Part shown: one piece after another, positions 40,456-50,357 of the stretch
How positions within the stretch are numbered: the stretch's first letter is position 1
Layout of the letters: each line of letters begins with the position of its first letter
Sequence record: MK327936.1
From: Escherichia phage vB_EcoM_G2540
DNA length: 64,000 nucleotides
Direction: 5' to 3' (one strand)
Program-made: the position numbers and the translations under genes
The notes under the pieces: generated by a model
The model's database searches: none
What the model saw: the letters and a program-made list of their open reading frames with translations, nothing else
Told to the model about the DNA's origin: nothing

Positions 40456-40527
40456 CTCTTAGCTCAATTCATAGATCTATTATATCATAATATTTGAAGA
40501 TCTATCTTAAAGCATAGAGGATATCAG

Positions 40528-40734
40528 TTATCTAAGTAAGCAGTATGCTTGGAACACTTTCTCCATCATCTTTTTAAATTCATGAATATCTATATAATGA
40601 CTAGTTAAATCAGCATGATATAAAAAGTCTAAAAACTTTTCATGTGTGCTAACATATTCACTTTCATTTAATTCAGAAACATGACTTTCCCAATATCCAA
40701 CACCAGTCTTATTTGGGAAAAATGAAATTTTCAT
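40528..40734 (-). CDS. small hypothetical protein, 68 aa
   Basis: ORF in the 55-nrdH variable block. Confidence 0.35.
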   Translation of the reverse strand: MKISFFPNKTGVGYWESHVSELNESEYVSTHEKFLDFLYHADLTSHYIDIHEFKKMMEKVFQAYCLLR

Positions 40735-40793
40735 GCATTAATCAACATAGAAAATGCCATAATTTTCAATAGTAATAGAAATATTAATAAATT

Positions 40794-41015
40794 TCATACA
40801 TTCATCAACTTAGCCGCTTCAAGAGCTGCATCTAGTGAATCAAATTGGTCAACATATTCAATCAATTCGCCATAATTGGCATATAACCACCATTGGCTAA
40901 ATTCATACTCAAGGATGAATCCGTTTCCTTCAATTTGAGTTAAACCAATGCCATTTGTATTTACTTCATATCCAGCAAGACGCAAATCGTTAATAAGAGC
41001 TTCGTTCATATTCAT
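40794..41015 (-). CDS. small hypothetical protein, 73 aa
   Basis: ORF. Confidence 0.4.
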   Translation of the reverse strand: MNMNEALINDLRLAGYEVNTNGIGLTQIEGNGFILEYEFSQWWLYANYGELIEYVDQFDSLDAALEAAKLMNV

Positions 41016-41338
41016 ACCTTAGCAATTTTCAGGTCAGCAAATTTTTTCTTGCGTTGATTTTTCATACGACGAATAGTTTTATCGGAAATTTCATGCTTTT
41101 GATAAGCTTTAGATTCTACGCCAAAAGCTTTAACATCAAATTCCGACAAGATATATTGAACCAGCAATTCACGGACAGTATTACGTCCAATTTTCTGATC
41201 ATTCTGTTTCATCGTCTGATGAAGCTCTTTTTCCCATTTATCCAAAATTTGAGGAGTTACAATATCGCCTTTTTCTAGCAAAGAAACTACTTTATCATAT
41301 GCGTAAGAATTGATGGCGTTTTTAATTTGAATAGTCAT
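41012..41338 (-). CDS. hypothetical protein, 108 aa
   Basis: ORF with basic C-terminus. Confidence 0.4.
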   Translation of the reverse strand: MTIQIKNAINSYAYDKVVSLLEKGDIVTPQILDKWEKELHQTMKQNDQKIGRNTVRELLVQYILSEFDVKAFGVESKAYQKHEISDKTIRRMKNQRKKKFADLKIAKV

Positions 41339-41375
41339 ACATTATCCTCAATTGCGTTAAAATTTTATTATCCAA

Positions 41376-41392
41376 AAAGGGCCGAAGCCCTT
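41376..41392 (-). terminator. intrinsic terminator
   Basis: gggc-cgaa-gccc hairpin flanked by A/T runs. Confidence 0.45.
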
Positions 41393-41591
41393 AGCTAAAC
41401 TTTTTGGCACCCTTCCAGCCTTCATACATCATTGCGGCTGATATTAATATTGCTCCTGAGCAACTTGAATATTTGTGATTCCAAAACCAGTTTAGAAAAA
41501 CTTCGTCATCAATACCTTGTGCTATCATATTTTCAAAGAACTGACGACGAGCTTCGGCAATTCGCTGCGATAATTTAGATTCAGGATTCAT
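41391..41591 (-). CDS. small hypothetical protein, 66 aa
   Basis: ORF. Confidence 0.35.
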   Translation of the reverse strand: MNPESKLSQRIAEARRQFFENMIAQGIDDEVFLNWFWNHKYSSCSGAILISAAMMYEGWKGAKKFS

Positions 41592-41723
41592 TTAAATTTT
41601 CCAATTACCGTTTTCATCAATGAATTTAATCCAGTCATTTACTGACCACTTAGTTGTATCGCCTTTTGGAGTAACATTTAAAGTATATAGCCCTTGCTTA
41701 AAAAGCATTCGTTTGATATTCAT
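41592..41723 (-). CDS. small hypothetical protein (~43 aa from internal Met)
   Basis: ORF 41592..41807 trimmed to an internal Met to avoid overlap. Confidence 0.3.
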   Translation of the reverse strand: MNIKRMLFKQGLYTLNVTPKGDTTKWSVNDWIKFIDENGNWKI

Positions 41724-41730
41724 AATTTCC

Positions 41731-42024
41731 TCAGCTGTAACGATAGCACTCGTTTGATTTACGTTTAGCAACTCGTTGAGAAGTATTATAATCAAAATCA
41801 TCGTCAATGTAAACTGATTTTTTCAACTTTCTTACTTCACCACGTAATTGGCGATTTAGCTCATCTTTAACTTCTGAATCAATACCTTTCATTCTACGCC
41901 ATTTATCTGAGCGAAAAATGTTTTCAACCATATCTTTATGACTTACCCCATCAGGAGCTTTACGCTTTCCGAAATAGTCATAATCACGCACTTTTAAGTC
42001 TTTACGACGATACGTTTTACCCAT
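41731..42024 (-). CDS. basic hypothetical protein (~97 aa from internal Met)
   Basis: ORF 41731..42063 trimmed to MGKTYRRKD...; Lys/Arg-rich. Confidence 0.35.
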   Translation of the reverse strand: MGKTYRRKDLKVRDYDYFGKRKAPDGVSHKDMVENIFRSDKWRRMKGIDSEVKDELNRQLRGEVRKLKKSVYIDDDFDYNTSQRVAKRKSNECYRYS

Positions 42025-42199
42025 GGAGTTTAATTTCCTTAGCAACTGAACTAAATGCAGCACGATCGCAAATCATGCGTTTATGTAACTTGAGTATAAT
42101 ATAGCAAACTTCAAAACTATTTACATGAGTAACACGAACAGCATTACCATTAATGAGATAATACTGTCCCTTTTTAATTTCTTTATCAACCATAACCAT
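42017..42199 (-). CDS. small hypothetical protein, 60 aa
   Basis: ORF downstream of an early promoter. Confidence 0.35.
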   Translation of the reverse strand: MVMVDKEIKKGQYYLINGNAVRVTHVNSFEVCYIILKLHKRMICDRAAFSSVAKEIKLHG

Positions 42200-42228
42200 A
42201 TCAATTCCTCAAAGGTAATTCATATGTT

Positions 42229-42259
42229 AATAATACCACGGTTTGAACTTGTTGTAAAC
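42229..42259 (-). promoter_or_regulatory. candidate T4-type early promoter
   Basis: plus gtaaac 42254-42259; -10-like plus ataata 42229-42234 with GTGG context (19-bp spacer). Confidence 0.4.
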
Positions 42260-42336
42260 AACTTTGTGAAAAATATTTCAGGGAATGATAAGAAAGGAAC
42301 GATAGCTTAGAATGGTAATATACAGAATGTAAGAAA

Positions 42337-42356
42337 GAAAGGCCCAGAGGGCCCAT
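42337..42356 (-). terminator. intrinsic terminator
   Basis: ggccc-agag-gggcc hairpin followed on the transcript by a UUUCUUUCUU tract; 3' of the glutaredoxin-like ORF. Confidence 0.55.
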
Positions 42357-42357
42357 C

Positions 42358-42681
42358 TTAGTCTTCTATGATATCTCTATCATATCCAAGTGAAATGAGA
42401 GTTTCTTTGAAGTGTTTAATGTTCTTTTGTCTGGAATCATTAATGAAAATGACTGGATAACGAATGTTAAGAGATGTGAATCCAGCGCGTTTAGCAAGAG
42501 ATACAATCAGTTGACGATCATACTCAATCTTACCATTATTAGTAAGAACTTTATAAAAAGTAAAAGGAACATTGAGCTCCTTTAGAAGTTTTGTAACTGA
42601 TTGACATCCAGGACAACGACCTACTTCATCTGGAATTCCATAGACTTCAATCTTATTCTTTAAGTTCGAGTTTTGTTCCAC
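42358..42681 (-). CDS. nrdH: glutaredoxin-like protein (NrdH position), start uncertain
   Basis: CPGC active-site motif; no in-frame ATG after the upstream stop, so a GTG start is assumed. Confidence 0.5.
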   Translation of the reverse strand: MEQNSNLKNKIEVYGIPDEVGRCPGCQSVTKLLKELNVPFTFYKVLTNNGKIEYDRQLIVSLAKRAGFTSLNIRYPVIFINDSRQKNIKHFKETLISLGYDRDIIED

Positions 42682-42964
42682 GAGAAATAATTCCTTGGTA
42701 AGCCCAATAAGGAGGATTAACAGAATCCTCACCAGAGTTTTCTTCAGGAAAATAAACCTGGATAACGAAGCCGGATTCATCAAAGGTAAAATAAACCGTA
42801 GGCAGTTCACCTAACAAATCGGCACGAGCGTTGATTTCGTCGAGGTCTTGTTCACGTCCAGCCCAGAAGCTTGGGTTCAGACTACATTCATAGAAATAAT
42901 AGTCATTACCGAACATATCAAAACCATTCCAACTCTCTACTACATACCGCTCAAAACTAATCAT
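42653..42964 (-). CDS. hypothetical protein, 103 aa
   Basis: ORF whose stop abuts the glutaredoxin domain. Confidence 0.4.
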   Translation of the reverse strand: MISFERYVVESWNGFDMFGNDYYFYECSLNPSFWAGREQDLDEINARADLLGELPTVYFTFDESGFVIQVYFPEENSGEDSVNPPYWAYQGIISRGTKLELKE

Positions 42965-42966
42965 AA

Positions 42967-43182
42967 TTAATCCTTTTTATCAAGAACCGCATTCAGCTTG
43001 TTAGTAATTTTATCCAGACGCTCATTGAACTCACTAGAAGATAAGCCCTTTTCTGGAGAAATTAAACTAATCACGAAAAATACAACAATAAAAGGAATAA
43101 GAAAAATAGCTCCAACCGCCATAAACAGAAAGAACGTTACAGTTGTAAGAAAATCAGCTAAACCTTTACGAAATTTATACAT
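42967..43182 (-). CDS. small membrane protein, 71 aa
   Basis: one long hydrophobic helix (TTVTFFLFMAVGAIFLIPFIVVFFVISLI). Confidence 0.4.
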   Translation of the reverse strand: MYKFRKGLADFLTTVTFFLFMAVGAIFLIPFIVVFFVISLISPEKGLSSSEFNERLDKITNKLNAVLDKKD

Positions 43183-43297
43183 ATTTTACCCTTAATTGAT
43201 TAACCAAGCATTGATAAGCACTAAACTATATTGCGAATAAAATTCTGGACCAAAATGAAAAATCATATCATTTATAGTGTCCATAATATAATTCAAT

Positions 43298-43768
43298 TTA
43301 ATCATGTTTCCACACCCCATCGGTATTTGACCAAAGTCGCTGATTATCTGATCCTCGCCACAGCTTTTTAGTCGGAAGATTTTTCTCATACTTCCCATCA
43401 ATAATAACATCAACATATTTAAGCATTTCTAGTTGTTTAATATCTTCAAACTTATATCCTGTCCACAACCAAATGCTTTTATTGGGATAAAGATTTTTTA
43501 CTGTTTGAACCACAGAGTGAATCACGTCTCTGTTATCAGGATAAAGAGGGTCACCTCCGGTTATAGTTAATCCTTCTATATAATCATTATTCAAACATTC
43601 AATTAATTGTTCTAGTGTTTCACCAGTGAATGGAATACCATTTCTAGCATTCCATGTTGATTTATTATAACACCCTTCGCATTTATGCAAACAACCTGTA
43701 ACGAAAAGAACGACCCTGCATCCAGGGCCATTCACAAAATCGCAAGGATAAAATCTATCATAATTCAT
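43298..43768 (-). CDS. nrdG: anaerobic ribonucleotide reductase activating protein NrdG, 156 aa
   Basis: 156 aa as in T4; radical-SAM-type Cys cluster (CxxxCxxC in GCLHKCEGCYN). Confidence 0.8.
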   Translation of the reverse strand: MNYDRFYPCDFVNGPGCRVVLFVTGCLHKCEGCYNKSTWNARNGIPFTGETLEQLIECLNNDYIEGLTITGGDPLYPDNRDVIHSVVQTVKNLYPNKSIWLWTGYKFEDIKQLEMLKYVDVIIDGKYEKNLPTKKLWRGSDNQRLWSNTDGVWKHD

Positions 43769-45582
43769 TGGTGTTTAACCCTATGCATGATTTCTTTATT
43801 TTTACCGAGATTAAATCCGCGTTCGTTCGGATTTCCCAAATAACCACATGTTCTTCTTATTGTGTTCATCTTTTTAGGATCAGTTTCTCCACAAATAGAA
43901 CAAACAAATCCGTTTTCAGTAGGAGTCATTTCATGGGTACTTCCACATGTAAAACATTTATCTACTGGCATATTAACACCAAAATAATCTAAATGTTGTG
44001 CAGCATAATCCCATACGGCCTCAAGGCCTTTCAAGTTATTTTTCATATCAGGAAGTTCAACATAAGAAATGTGACCACCTGTCGCAATGAAATGATATGG
44101 CGCTTCACGAGAAATCTTTTCAAACGGAGTAATATTTTCTTCTACTGAAACGTGGAAACTGTTAGTGTACCAGCCTTTATCGGTAACATCTTTTACACTT
44201 CCATATTTTTCTGTATCAAGTTTACAGAAGCGATAACAAAGGTTTTCAGCAGGAGTAGAATACAAACTAAAAGCAAACTCAGTTCTTTCAGTCCACTGTT
44301 TAAGACGAGCATTCATTTTAGTTAAAATTTCTCGTCCAATATCACGACCGACAAGAATATTCAATTCGTGAATACCAATGTATCCTAGAGACACTGAACT
44401 TCTACCATTTTTAAATAACTCAATTATATCGTCATCAGGTTTAAGACGAACCCCGAATGCACCTTCTTGGTAAAGAATAGGAGCAACAGTCGCTTTAACT
44501 CCTTTTAAGGAACTAATTCTACACATCAATGCTTCAAAACATAAATCCATTCGTTCATTGAACAATTCAACAAATTTCTGTTCATTGAATTGTGTTCCAA
44601 TATAAGAATCTAACGCGATACGAGGAAGATTCAGTGTTACAACACCGAGATTATTACGTCCATCAAGAATTTCATTACCAGTCGAATCTTTCCATACGCT
44701 CAAGAAACTACGGCAACCCATTGGAGAAACAGGAATAGATGAGCCGGTGATAGCTTTATTGTTCTTAGCTGAAATAATATCAGGATACATTCTTTTGCTT
44801 GCGCACTCTAGAGCAAGCTGTTTAATATCATAGTTCGGATCGTCTTTATAAAGATTAACACCTTCTTCAACAAACATAACAAGCTTAGGGAAAATAGGAG
44901 TTATCCCATCACGACCAAGACCTTTAATACGATTTTTCAGAATTGCTTTCTGAATCATTCGTTCAGTCCAGTCAGTTCCTGTACCAAATGTAATTGTTAC
45001 AAAAGGTGTTTGTCCGTTTGAACTAAAGAGAGTATTTACTTCATATTCATAAGCTTGGAATGCATCGTATACATCTTTTTCTGTTTTAGATTGAGCATAA
45101 TTCAACGCATCAGCGATTTGCCATTTTTCTGCATCCTCAATATGTTTTGCATAGGTGCGTTTAACATAAGGAGAAAGTACTTTATCTACATTAGCAAAAG
45201 TCGTTCCGCCGTATTGATGGGAAGCAACCTGTGCAGTAATTTGTGCCATAATTGCAGTAGCAACACCGATTGATTTAGGAGTTTCAATCTGTGCATTACC
45301 AAGCTTAAATCCATTCTCAAGCATTCCTTTTAAATCTACTAAACAACAATTAGTAAATGGAAGAGCAGGGGAATAATCAATATCGTGGAAATGAATAATT
45401 CCGCTTTCATGCGCTTTCATAATAAAAGACGGGACCATATTTTTGGCAATGTGTTTAGACACAATACCAGCCATAAGGTCCCGTTGAGTTGGAAAAACAC
45501 GAGAATCTTTATTAGCATTCTCGTTTAAAAGGTCTTTATTAGTTTTATGAATCAATCCTTCAATTTCTTTTTCAATTGTCAT
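43765..45582 (-). CDS. nrdD: anaerobic ribonucleoside-triphosphate reductase NrdD, 605 aa, uninterrupted
   Basis: 605 aa; C-terminal glycyl-radical region (...RTCGYLG) and Zn-ribbon CxxC...CxxC; no intron in the ORF. Confidence 0.85.
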   Translation of the reverse strand: MTIEKEIEGLIHKTNKDLLNENANKDSRVFPTQRDLMAGIVSKHIAKNMVPSFIMKAHESGIIHFHDIDYSPALPFTNCCLVDLKGMLENGFKLGNAQIETPKSIGVATAIMAQITAQVASHQYGGTTFANVDKVLSPYVKRTYAKHIEDAEKWQIADALNYAQSKTEKDVYDAFQAYEYEVNTLFSSNGQTPFVTITFGTGTDWTERMIQKAILKNRIKGLGRDGITPIFPKLVMFVEEGVNLYKDDPNYDIKQLALECASKRMYPDIISAKNNKAITGSSIPVSPMGCRSFLSVWKDSTGNEILDGRNNLGVVTLNLPRIALDSYIGTQFNEQKFVELFNERMDLCFEALMCRISSLKGVKATVAPILYQEGAFGVRLKPDDDIIELFKNGRSSVSLGYIGIHELNILVGRDIGREILTKMNARLKQWTERTEFAFSLYSTPAENLCYRFCKLDTEKYGSVKDVTDKGWYTNSFHVSVEENITPFEKISREAPYHFIATGGHISYVELPDMKNNLKGLEAVWDYAAQHLDYFGVNMPVDKCFTCGSTHEMTPTENGFVCSICGETDPKKMNTIRRTCGYLGNPNERGFNLGKNKEIMHRVKHQ

Positions 45583-46052
45583 TTTAAACTCTTTCTAAGC
45601 TGCTTCTTAAATGAAGCTATTAATTGTGTTTTGGTGTCAGATTCATTATATTCAAATCCTCTTTGAAGCATCTCGGCCATCATTTCCTCTTTTCCTAAAC
45701 GAGAAAATTCCTTTGATTTATCTCCAACGAAGTTAGGGTGAATATTATTTTGGGTGTAATCGGATTTTAAATAAGTAAGTAAATTTTCTAACCATTCAAG
45801 ATAATCAACGCCTTGTCCCTTTAAACCAGAGCGATTAAATTTATGTTTCATTTGACCTTCTGCAGCATTGCAGAGATTACAAAGCAATCCACGTACCTTT
45901 CCTGCTTTTGGTCCATTTAATTCATGGTCATGATCGAGGTGATTAGCTTGAACATCAGGATTTAGTTCTCGTTGGCAAATTAAGCATTTACCGTTTTGTG
46001 CATCATAAAATTTCTGTTTTTCTTCTTTATATAATTTGCCAGTCAATAACAT
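45579..46052 (-). CDS. 49: endonuclease VII gp49 (Holliday-junction resolvase), 157 aa
   Basis: 157 aa as in T4; Zn-binding CLICQ...CNLCN and HDHE motif. Confidence 0.8.
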   Translation of the reverse strand: MLLTGKLYKEEKQKFYDAQNGKCLICQRELNPDVQANHLDHDHELNGPKAGKVRGLLCNLCNAAEGQMKHKFNRSGLKGQGVDYLEWLENLLTYLKSDYTQNNIHPNFVGDKSKEFSRLGKEEMMAEMLQRGFEYNESDTKTQLIASFKKQLRKSLK

Positions 46053-46094
46053 AATAAAACCCTTACCTTAAATAGATAAGGGTATTTATTATTT

Positions 46095-46598
46095 TCAAGT
46101 ATTGTAAAACATTTGATGCAATCGCTTATATTGCCGAATCATTTGGTCAGAAAAAGAAATTTGAGTTTCAAGCCATTCAATGTATTCTGCGGCAGCTTGC
46201 ATCAGGTTACCTTCATAGCCATCGTTATTTTCTTGTGCAGCTAATTTAGCTAATGCGTATGAAATACGTTCACCTTGAAAATCGGCTTTAGGCTTCTGAA
46301 CAACTTGATTAGTTCGCTCTACAACTTCTTCAATTTCGCCATTTTCGACTGATTCAGTATTCCACAAACACCAATACGTAATTGGCTTATCGTAGATGTT
46401 AATAATCTTTCCATCAGAAAGTTCAATTTCAATAATTCCAGTATCAGGTTCTATATCATCTTCACATTCTTTTGCAAGTTCACGAACTTTAAAGACAGTA
46501 CCTGCACTAAGTTCCGGCCAGTAATTACACAGCCCTGTATCAGCACGATTAATTCTAAACCACTTATCTACTGTAATCATGTCCCATCTCCATATCAA
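46095..46598 (-). CDS. hypothetical protein, 167 aa (pin position by synteny)
   Basis: ORF adjacent to gene 49; identity as pin not verified. Confidence 0.35.
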   Translation of the reverse strand: MIWRWDMITVDKWFRINRADTGLCNYWPELSAGTVFKVRELAKECEDDIEPDTGIIEIELSDGKIINIYDKPITYWCLWNTESVENGEIEEVVERTNQVVQKPKADFQGERISYALAKLAAQENNDGYEGNLMQAAAEYIEWLETQISFSDQMIRQYKRLHQMFYNT

Positions 46599-46703
46599 TT
46601 AAGTCATTTATCGTTGGTTCATTATACACCGTTTCTTCATCAGTGTAAACCGGTTCTTCCGGCTCTGGCTCTACAGTTTCCCATCTAGCCGCCCACCAAG
46701 GTT

Positions 46704-47024
46704 TTATAGCGTAATCCATTCTCTTACTGTCTGAGTTACTACACGTTCTCGAAGCTCAACCAGTTCAACGGTAGGAACTGCATAATACCAATCAGAATGG
46801 TAAGAACCTGAGCGAGATTCATTTACAGCCACATGTACATTATGTTTTGGACTAAAATAAACACACTGACGATATTGGCATTTACCATCTTGCACCCAGT
46901 CTTCTATTTCGACAGGTTTAAGATAATCGGAAAAATCGAAATCATAGTTTTCTGAAAATGCATCATGGTCTTCAATGATTTCACTCAGAACTGCATCAAC
47001 ATCTAATTTATTTTCAATAGTCAT
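46704..47024 (-). CDS. hypothetical protein, 106 aa
   Basis: ORF. Confidence 0.4.
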   Translation of the reverse strand: MTIENKLDVDAVLSEIIEDHDAFSENYDFDFSDYLKPVEIEDWVQDGKCQYRQCVYFSPKHNVHVAVNESRSGSYHSDWYYAVPTVELVELRERVVTQTVREWITL

Positions 47025-47034
47025 TTTTCACCAA

Positions 47035-47244
47035 TTAATTTCGCAATTTATTAAGTTCTTCATAATCAATCCAGGATTCTAATCCTGATGGCAAATCAGA
47101 TTCAATTTCCCAAAGAAGTTCTTCAATTTTATGAAGACGATCTAGTTCTTCAGCAGGAATAGTAACCATTGACGGAGCTCTTGCTACATTAATATCGTAA
47201 ATCATATTTACCCCAGTTTGACCATACAATCGCCGTATTTCCAC
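47035..47244 (-). CDS. small hypothetical protein, 69 aa
   Basis: ORF. Confidence 0.35.
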   Translation of the reverse strand: MEIRRLYGQTGVNMIYDINVARAPSMVTIPAEELDRLHKIEELLWEIESDLPSGLESWIDYEELNKLRN

Positions 47245-47423
47245 TTAGAAATAGACTTTTCACCGTTAGAATAATAAACTTCAAGTTTAGCACGATTATT
47301 TTTAATTTGAATAACCTTTGCTGTCATCAAAGTTCCATACCCATAATAAACTGCAACTTCATCACCTACATATACCGCGCTTCCGCGGTAATCGTGAATA
47401 TAGTCAGTTCCTTCGAGCATCAT
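47208..47423 (-). CDS. small hypothetical protein, 71 aa
   Basis: ORF downstream of nrdC. Confidence 0.35.
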   Translation of the reverse strand: MMLEGTDYIHDYRGSAVYVGDEVAVYYGYGTLMTAKVIQIKNNRAKLEVYYSNGEKSISKWKYGDCMVKLG

Positions 47424-47683
47424 TTAAAATATTCTCGCAGTTGGTCAAATCCACCAATATGACTTCCATCAGGAGCAAATACTTGTGGCATTGTCAAACC
47501 AATTTGAGTATCACGACCTAGTTTAGCCAGAAGCTCAGCGATTTTCTCATCATCAAAAACACCTTTTTCCGGCATAATGTTGATAAATTCAAACGGCTGT
47601 TTCTTCACGGTCAAAAGACGTTTTGCATTATCGCAATACACACATTTATGAATGTTGCTATCATAACCATATACTTTAAACAT
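47420..47683 (-). CDS. nrdC: thioredoxin/glutaredoxin NrdC, 87 aa
   Basis: 87 aa as in T4; CVYC active site. Confidence 0.8.
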   Translation of the reverse strand: MFKVYGYDSNIHKCVYCDNAKRLLTVKKQPFEFINIMPEKGVFDDEKIAELLAKLGRDTQIGLTMPQVFAPDGSHIGGFDQLREYFK

Positions 47684-47684
47684 A

Positions 47685-47927
47685 TTATTCCTTAATTCCT
47701 AGTACTCGTTTAAAAGTCTCGTCGTAATCAAGACTTTGGCCCGTTTGTTCTTTATGTTTGTATATAATATCACTTACTTCTGATAGCATATTTTTATATG
47801 AACGAGTTAAAGCAGATTTAAGCACGCTGTATCTATCAGGAAATTTACCATGTTCATTATAATACGCTATTGCTAATTCACGGACTGCCTTTTCAGCAGT
47901 CTCCATATATTCTTTACGCTTTGTCAT
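47685..47927 (-). CDS. small hypothetical protein, 80 aa
   Basis: ORF. Confidence 0.4.
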   Translation of the reverse strand: MTKRKEYMETAEKAVRELAIAYYNEHGKFPDRYSVLKSALTRSYKNMLSEVSDIIYKHKEQTGQSLDYDETFKRVLGIKE

Positions 47928-47929
47928 TT

Positions 47930-48319
47930 TTAATCCAAAATATTATTAGGCATTGGTTGAACACTCACAAGTTCTTTAAAGAACTCAGTAGAATCAGGCA
48001 ATTTAACCATTTCCGGAGCATGCTTACTGAATTTATGTTTACATTGACGGCATTTATATTCAAGCTCTGGTTTACGCCAGTTAATCAATTGAACTTGTTC
48101 AGTACCGCATTCAGGGCAATTAGGAACGTTTTTAGAAGCTCTTTCACGTCGTTCAACCATAGCCATAATAGCATCCCATGCTGGAGGTTTAAAATCTAAA
48201 TCGTCGCAGCCGTGAATCTTTCCACGCATTTCCATATCATCTTCCTCACCAGCCATAATAATTTTAATTAAACTGGAATTACTTGAAGCTGCAATGTCTT
48301 CTAATAAACGCTTTTTCAT
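47930..48319 (-). CDS. zinc-ribbon protein, 129 aa
   Basis: CPECG...CRQCKH four-Cys motif. Confidence 0.45.
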   Translation of the reverse strand: MKKRLLEDIAASSNSSLIKIIMAGEEDDMEMRGKIHGCDDLDFKPPAWDAIMAMVERRERASKNVPNCPECGTEQVQLINWRKPELEYKCRQCKHKFSKHAPEMVKLPDSTEFFKELVSVQPMPNNILD

Positions 48320-49245
48320 TTCAATACCTCAATAGCATTACGTAAACCATTTGCTTTTGCATTAAGAGCTTTTAACAATTTGGTGTGTTCTGCAATTTGG
48401 GCTTCAACTCCAATCAAACGGGCATTGAGATATTCACGTTCTTCACTCAGATTATCAACCTTTTCTACTTTAGGCTCTTTTACAACTGTCTTATATGTAT
48501 TAGGGTTCTTCAGTTTAATTAGAATGCGTGAACTGTATAACATTGAATCATTATCTTCGGTTTCGTCATACATTTCTACTACATCCATAATTTTTAACAT
48601 CATGCGGAGTTTATAAGACAACGAACGAATAGTTTTGTTGTGCTTATTAATTTCTTTAGCTGTCATGGTGCCGAGATTACGTGAGTAATAATAAGGAACC
48701 TGGATATTAATTAATACTGATGAACCACCTGGCTTGTGTGTTACTTCATCAGCAATAACCCAGTCCTTAACATGAACTGTATTTGTACGGTCATCACCCG
48801 CGGTAAACAGTTTGCGAGCATGCTTAAAAAGCATATTCACTTGGTCATTGAATTGACAAGCAAATTTATCAGCAAATTTAGTTTCAGGAATGGTAGATAA
48901 CCAATCAGCCAAATGAGTCTTTTTAACATCGTTAACAATAGTAAATTCAACCAAATCGGTTATAGATGTCTCAGATTTAATAAAGCTCGGCTTCATAAAG
49001 TTTTTAATGTTATCGTGAGCTACAGTAGAAGATAACATACGAGAACGTTTAAACCATTCAAGCAAATTACCTAACGAATGAGAATAAGCGTTTTGAGTAT
49101 CTTTACAGATATGATTTTCCTGGCCAACATATTGAAGGAAATCACGAAGAATATTATTGATTACTGCTCTGTGTCCTATCTGATAATTACGGTGTTTAGT
49201 AATAAGACTGTCAAAATAATCAATATAATGTTTACGAGTTTTCAT
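48316..49245 (-). CDS. paralogue family member 1 (C-terminal coiled coil), 309 aa
   Basis: N-terminus MKTRKH...; C-terminal heptad-like ...[42 protein letters not shown]. Confidence 0.5.
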   Translation of the reverse strand: MKTRKHYIDYFDSLITKHRNYQIGHRAVINNILRDFLQYVGQENHICKDTQNAYSHSLGNLLEWFKRSRMLSSTVAHDNIKNFMKPSFIKSETSITDLVEFTIVNDVKKTHLADWLSTIPETKFADKFACQFNDQVNMLFKHARKLFTAGDDRTNTVHVKDWVIADEVTHKPGGSSVLINIQVPYYYSRNLGTMTAKEINKHNKTIRSLSYKLRMMLKIMDVVEMYDETEDNDSMLYSSRILIKLKNPNTYKTVVKEPKVEKVDNLSEEREYLNARLIGVEAQIAEHTKLLKALNAKANGLRNAIEVLK

Positions 49246-49297
49246 GTTCTTCTCACTTGGTTAATGGTTTATACTCCGAGCCATCCTTGGCTTTAAA

Positions 49298-50299
49298 TTA
49301 CTTAATTAACTGTAAAGCTTGTTCAAGACGATCAAGACGATTAACGGATTCTTCCCAAATCTTTTTAGCCTGCTCATATTCTTTCTGCGCTTTATTAGAA
49401 ATTTCTAGAACTTCTTTATAAGCTTTTTCTAGTGCAATAACTTCTGGACGAATTTCTACCGGTTCAGGAGAATCATCAAGATTATCCATTAGTTCCTCAA
49501 GGGTAGTTTCTTCTTTAGGAGTATTCACAATTTCATCACATTTTTGTTGGTAAATTTCTTTATCAGTCGGTGAGTACGCACACTTTACTTCACGAAGACT
49601 AATTATAATTTTATATCCTTCCCATCCACACATATTTTTGAAAGGATATGTATGAATACTTTTTACAGTTTCCATACAGCCCAAAGCCGTCTCTAATTGA
49701 TGAGTTATAGTGCTAGCAATTGAGAAAAATTTATTAATGTTCTTTTGGTTAGTTTCTGGTGTAAAAAATCCATAATTCACAAAAATAGCTACTTTATTTT
49801 TATCAAGTTCATATTCTTTTATGATAATCATATCAGAAGCCAAAGGATGAATTTGACGATAATCGCCATAGCATAATTTAGAAGCTGATTTTAGAATTTG
49901 CTTCTTAAAAAGTCTGAAATTACTAATCCAACGACGAGTAAAAATATTCTCAGGGTCTTCTTTATTATTAAGATGATAAGAATTAACATCACCGAACCAA
50001 TTATATCCTACTACATCTTTGGTTCGTTTAATTTCTTTCCCAAAATTACCAAGAATATCCCGATTAACCAAATATGAAAGAAGACGAGACTCTTTAAAGG
50101 TTTTCTTGATAACATCTTTATCTACACGGCTAGAAATTTTACGAATTTCATGAATAAATTTAGTAGAAGAAACAATACTTGCATCAACACTATTGAGCCA
50201 TTGATTGATAATAGAAAGAACGATATTTTGACCAAACATCGGTATAGCTTTATCATCAATAACGCTATTGAATGATTTGATATATTCGTTACGAGTCAT
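49298..50299 (-). CDS. paralogue family member 2, ~333 aa
   Basis: start trimmed to MTRNEYIKSF (GAGGAGA Shine-Dalgarno) because the ORF-track start overlaps the promoter; motif FRLFKKQILKSASKL; C-terminal coiled coil. Confidence 0.5.
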   Translation of the reverse strand: MTRNEYIKSFNSVIDDKAIPMFGQNIVLSIINQWLNSVDASIVSSTKFIHEIRKISSRVDKDVIKKTFKESRLLSYLVNRDILGNFGKEIKRTKDVVGYNWFGDVNSYHLNNKEDPENIFTRRWISNFRLFKKQILKSASKLCYGDYRQIHPLASDMIIIKEYELDKNKVAIFVNYGFFTPETNQKNINKFFSIASTITHQLETALGCMETVKSIHTYPFKNMCGWEGYKIIISLREVKCAYSPTDKEIYQQKCDEIVNTPKEETTLEELMDNLDDSPEPVEIRPEVIALEKAYKEVLEISNKAQKEYEQAKKIWEESVNRLDRLEQALQLIK

Positions 50300-50327
50300 A
50301 TTAATCTCCTCATTAGAAAGTAAGAAC

Positions 50328-50357
50328 ATTATACCACATCCTTGTGGCGAAGTAAAC
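50328..50357 (-). promoter_or_regulatory. T4-type early promoter (near-identical to the one at 2418-2447)
   Basis: plus gtaaac 50352-50357, 18-bp spacer, plus attata 50328-50333; block ataccacatccttgtgg..agtaaac shared with the rIIA.1 promoter. Confidence 0.55.

Noticed and set aside
40441-40520. MotA-box-like ATGCTTTAA upstream of gene 55
   Set aside because: Single short match without a convincing -10 at the right spacing; too weak to list as a feature.
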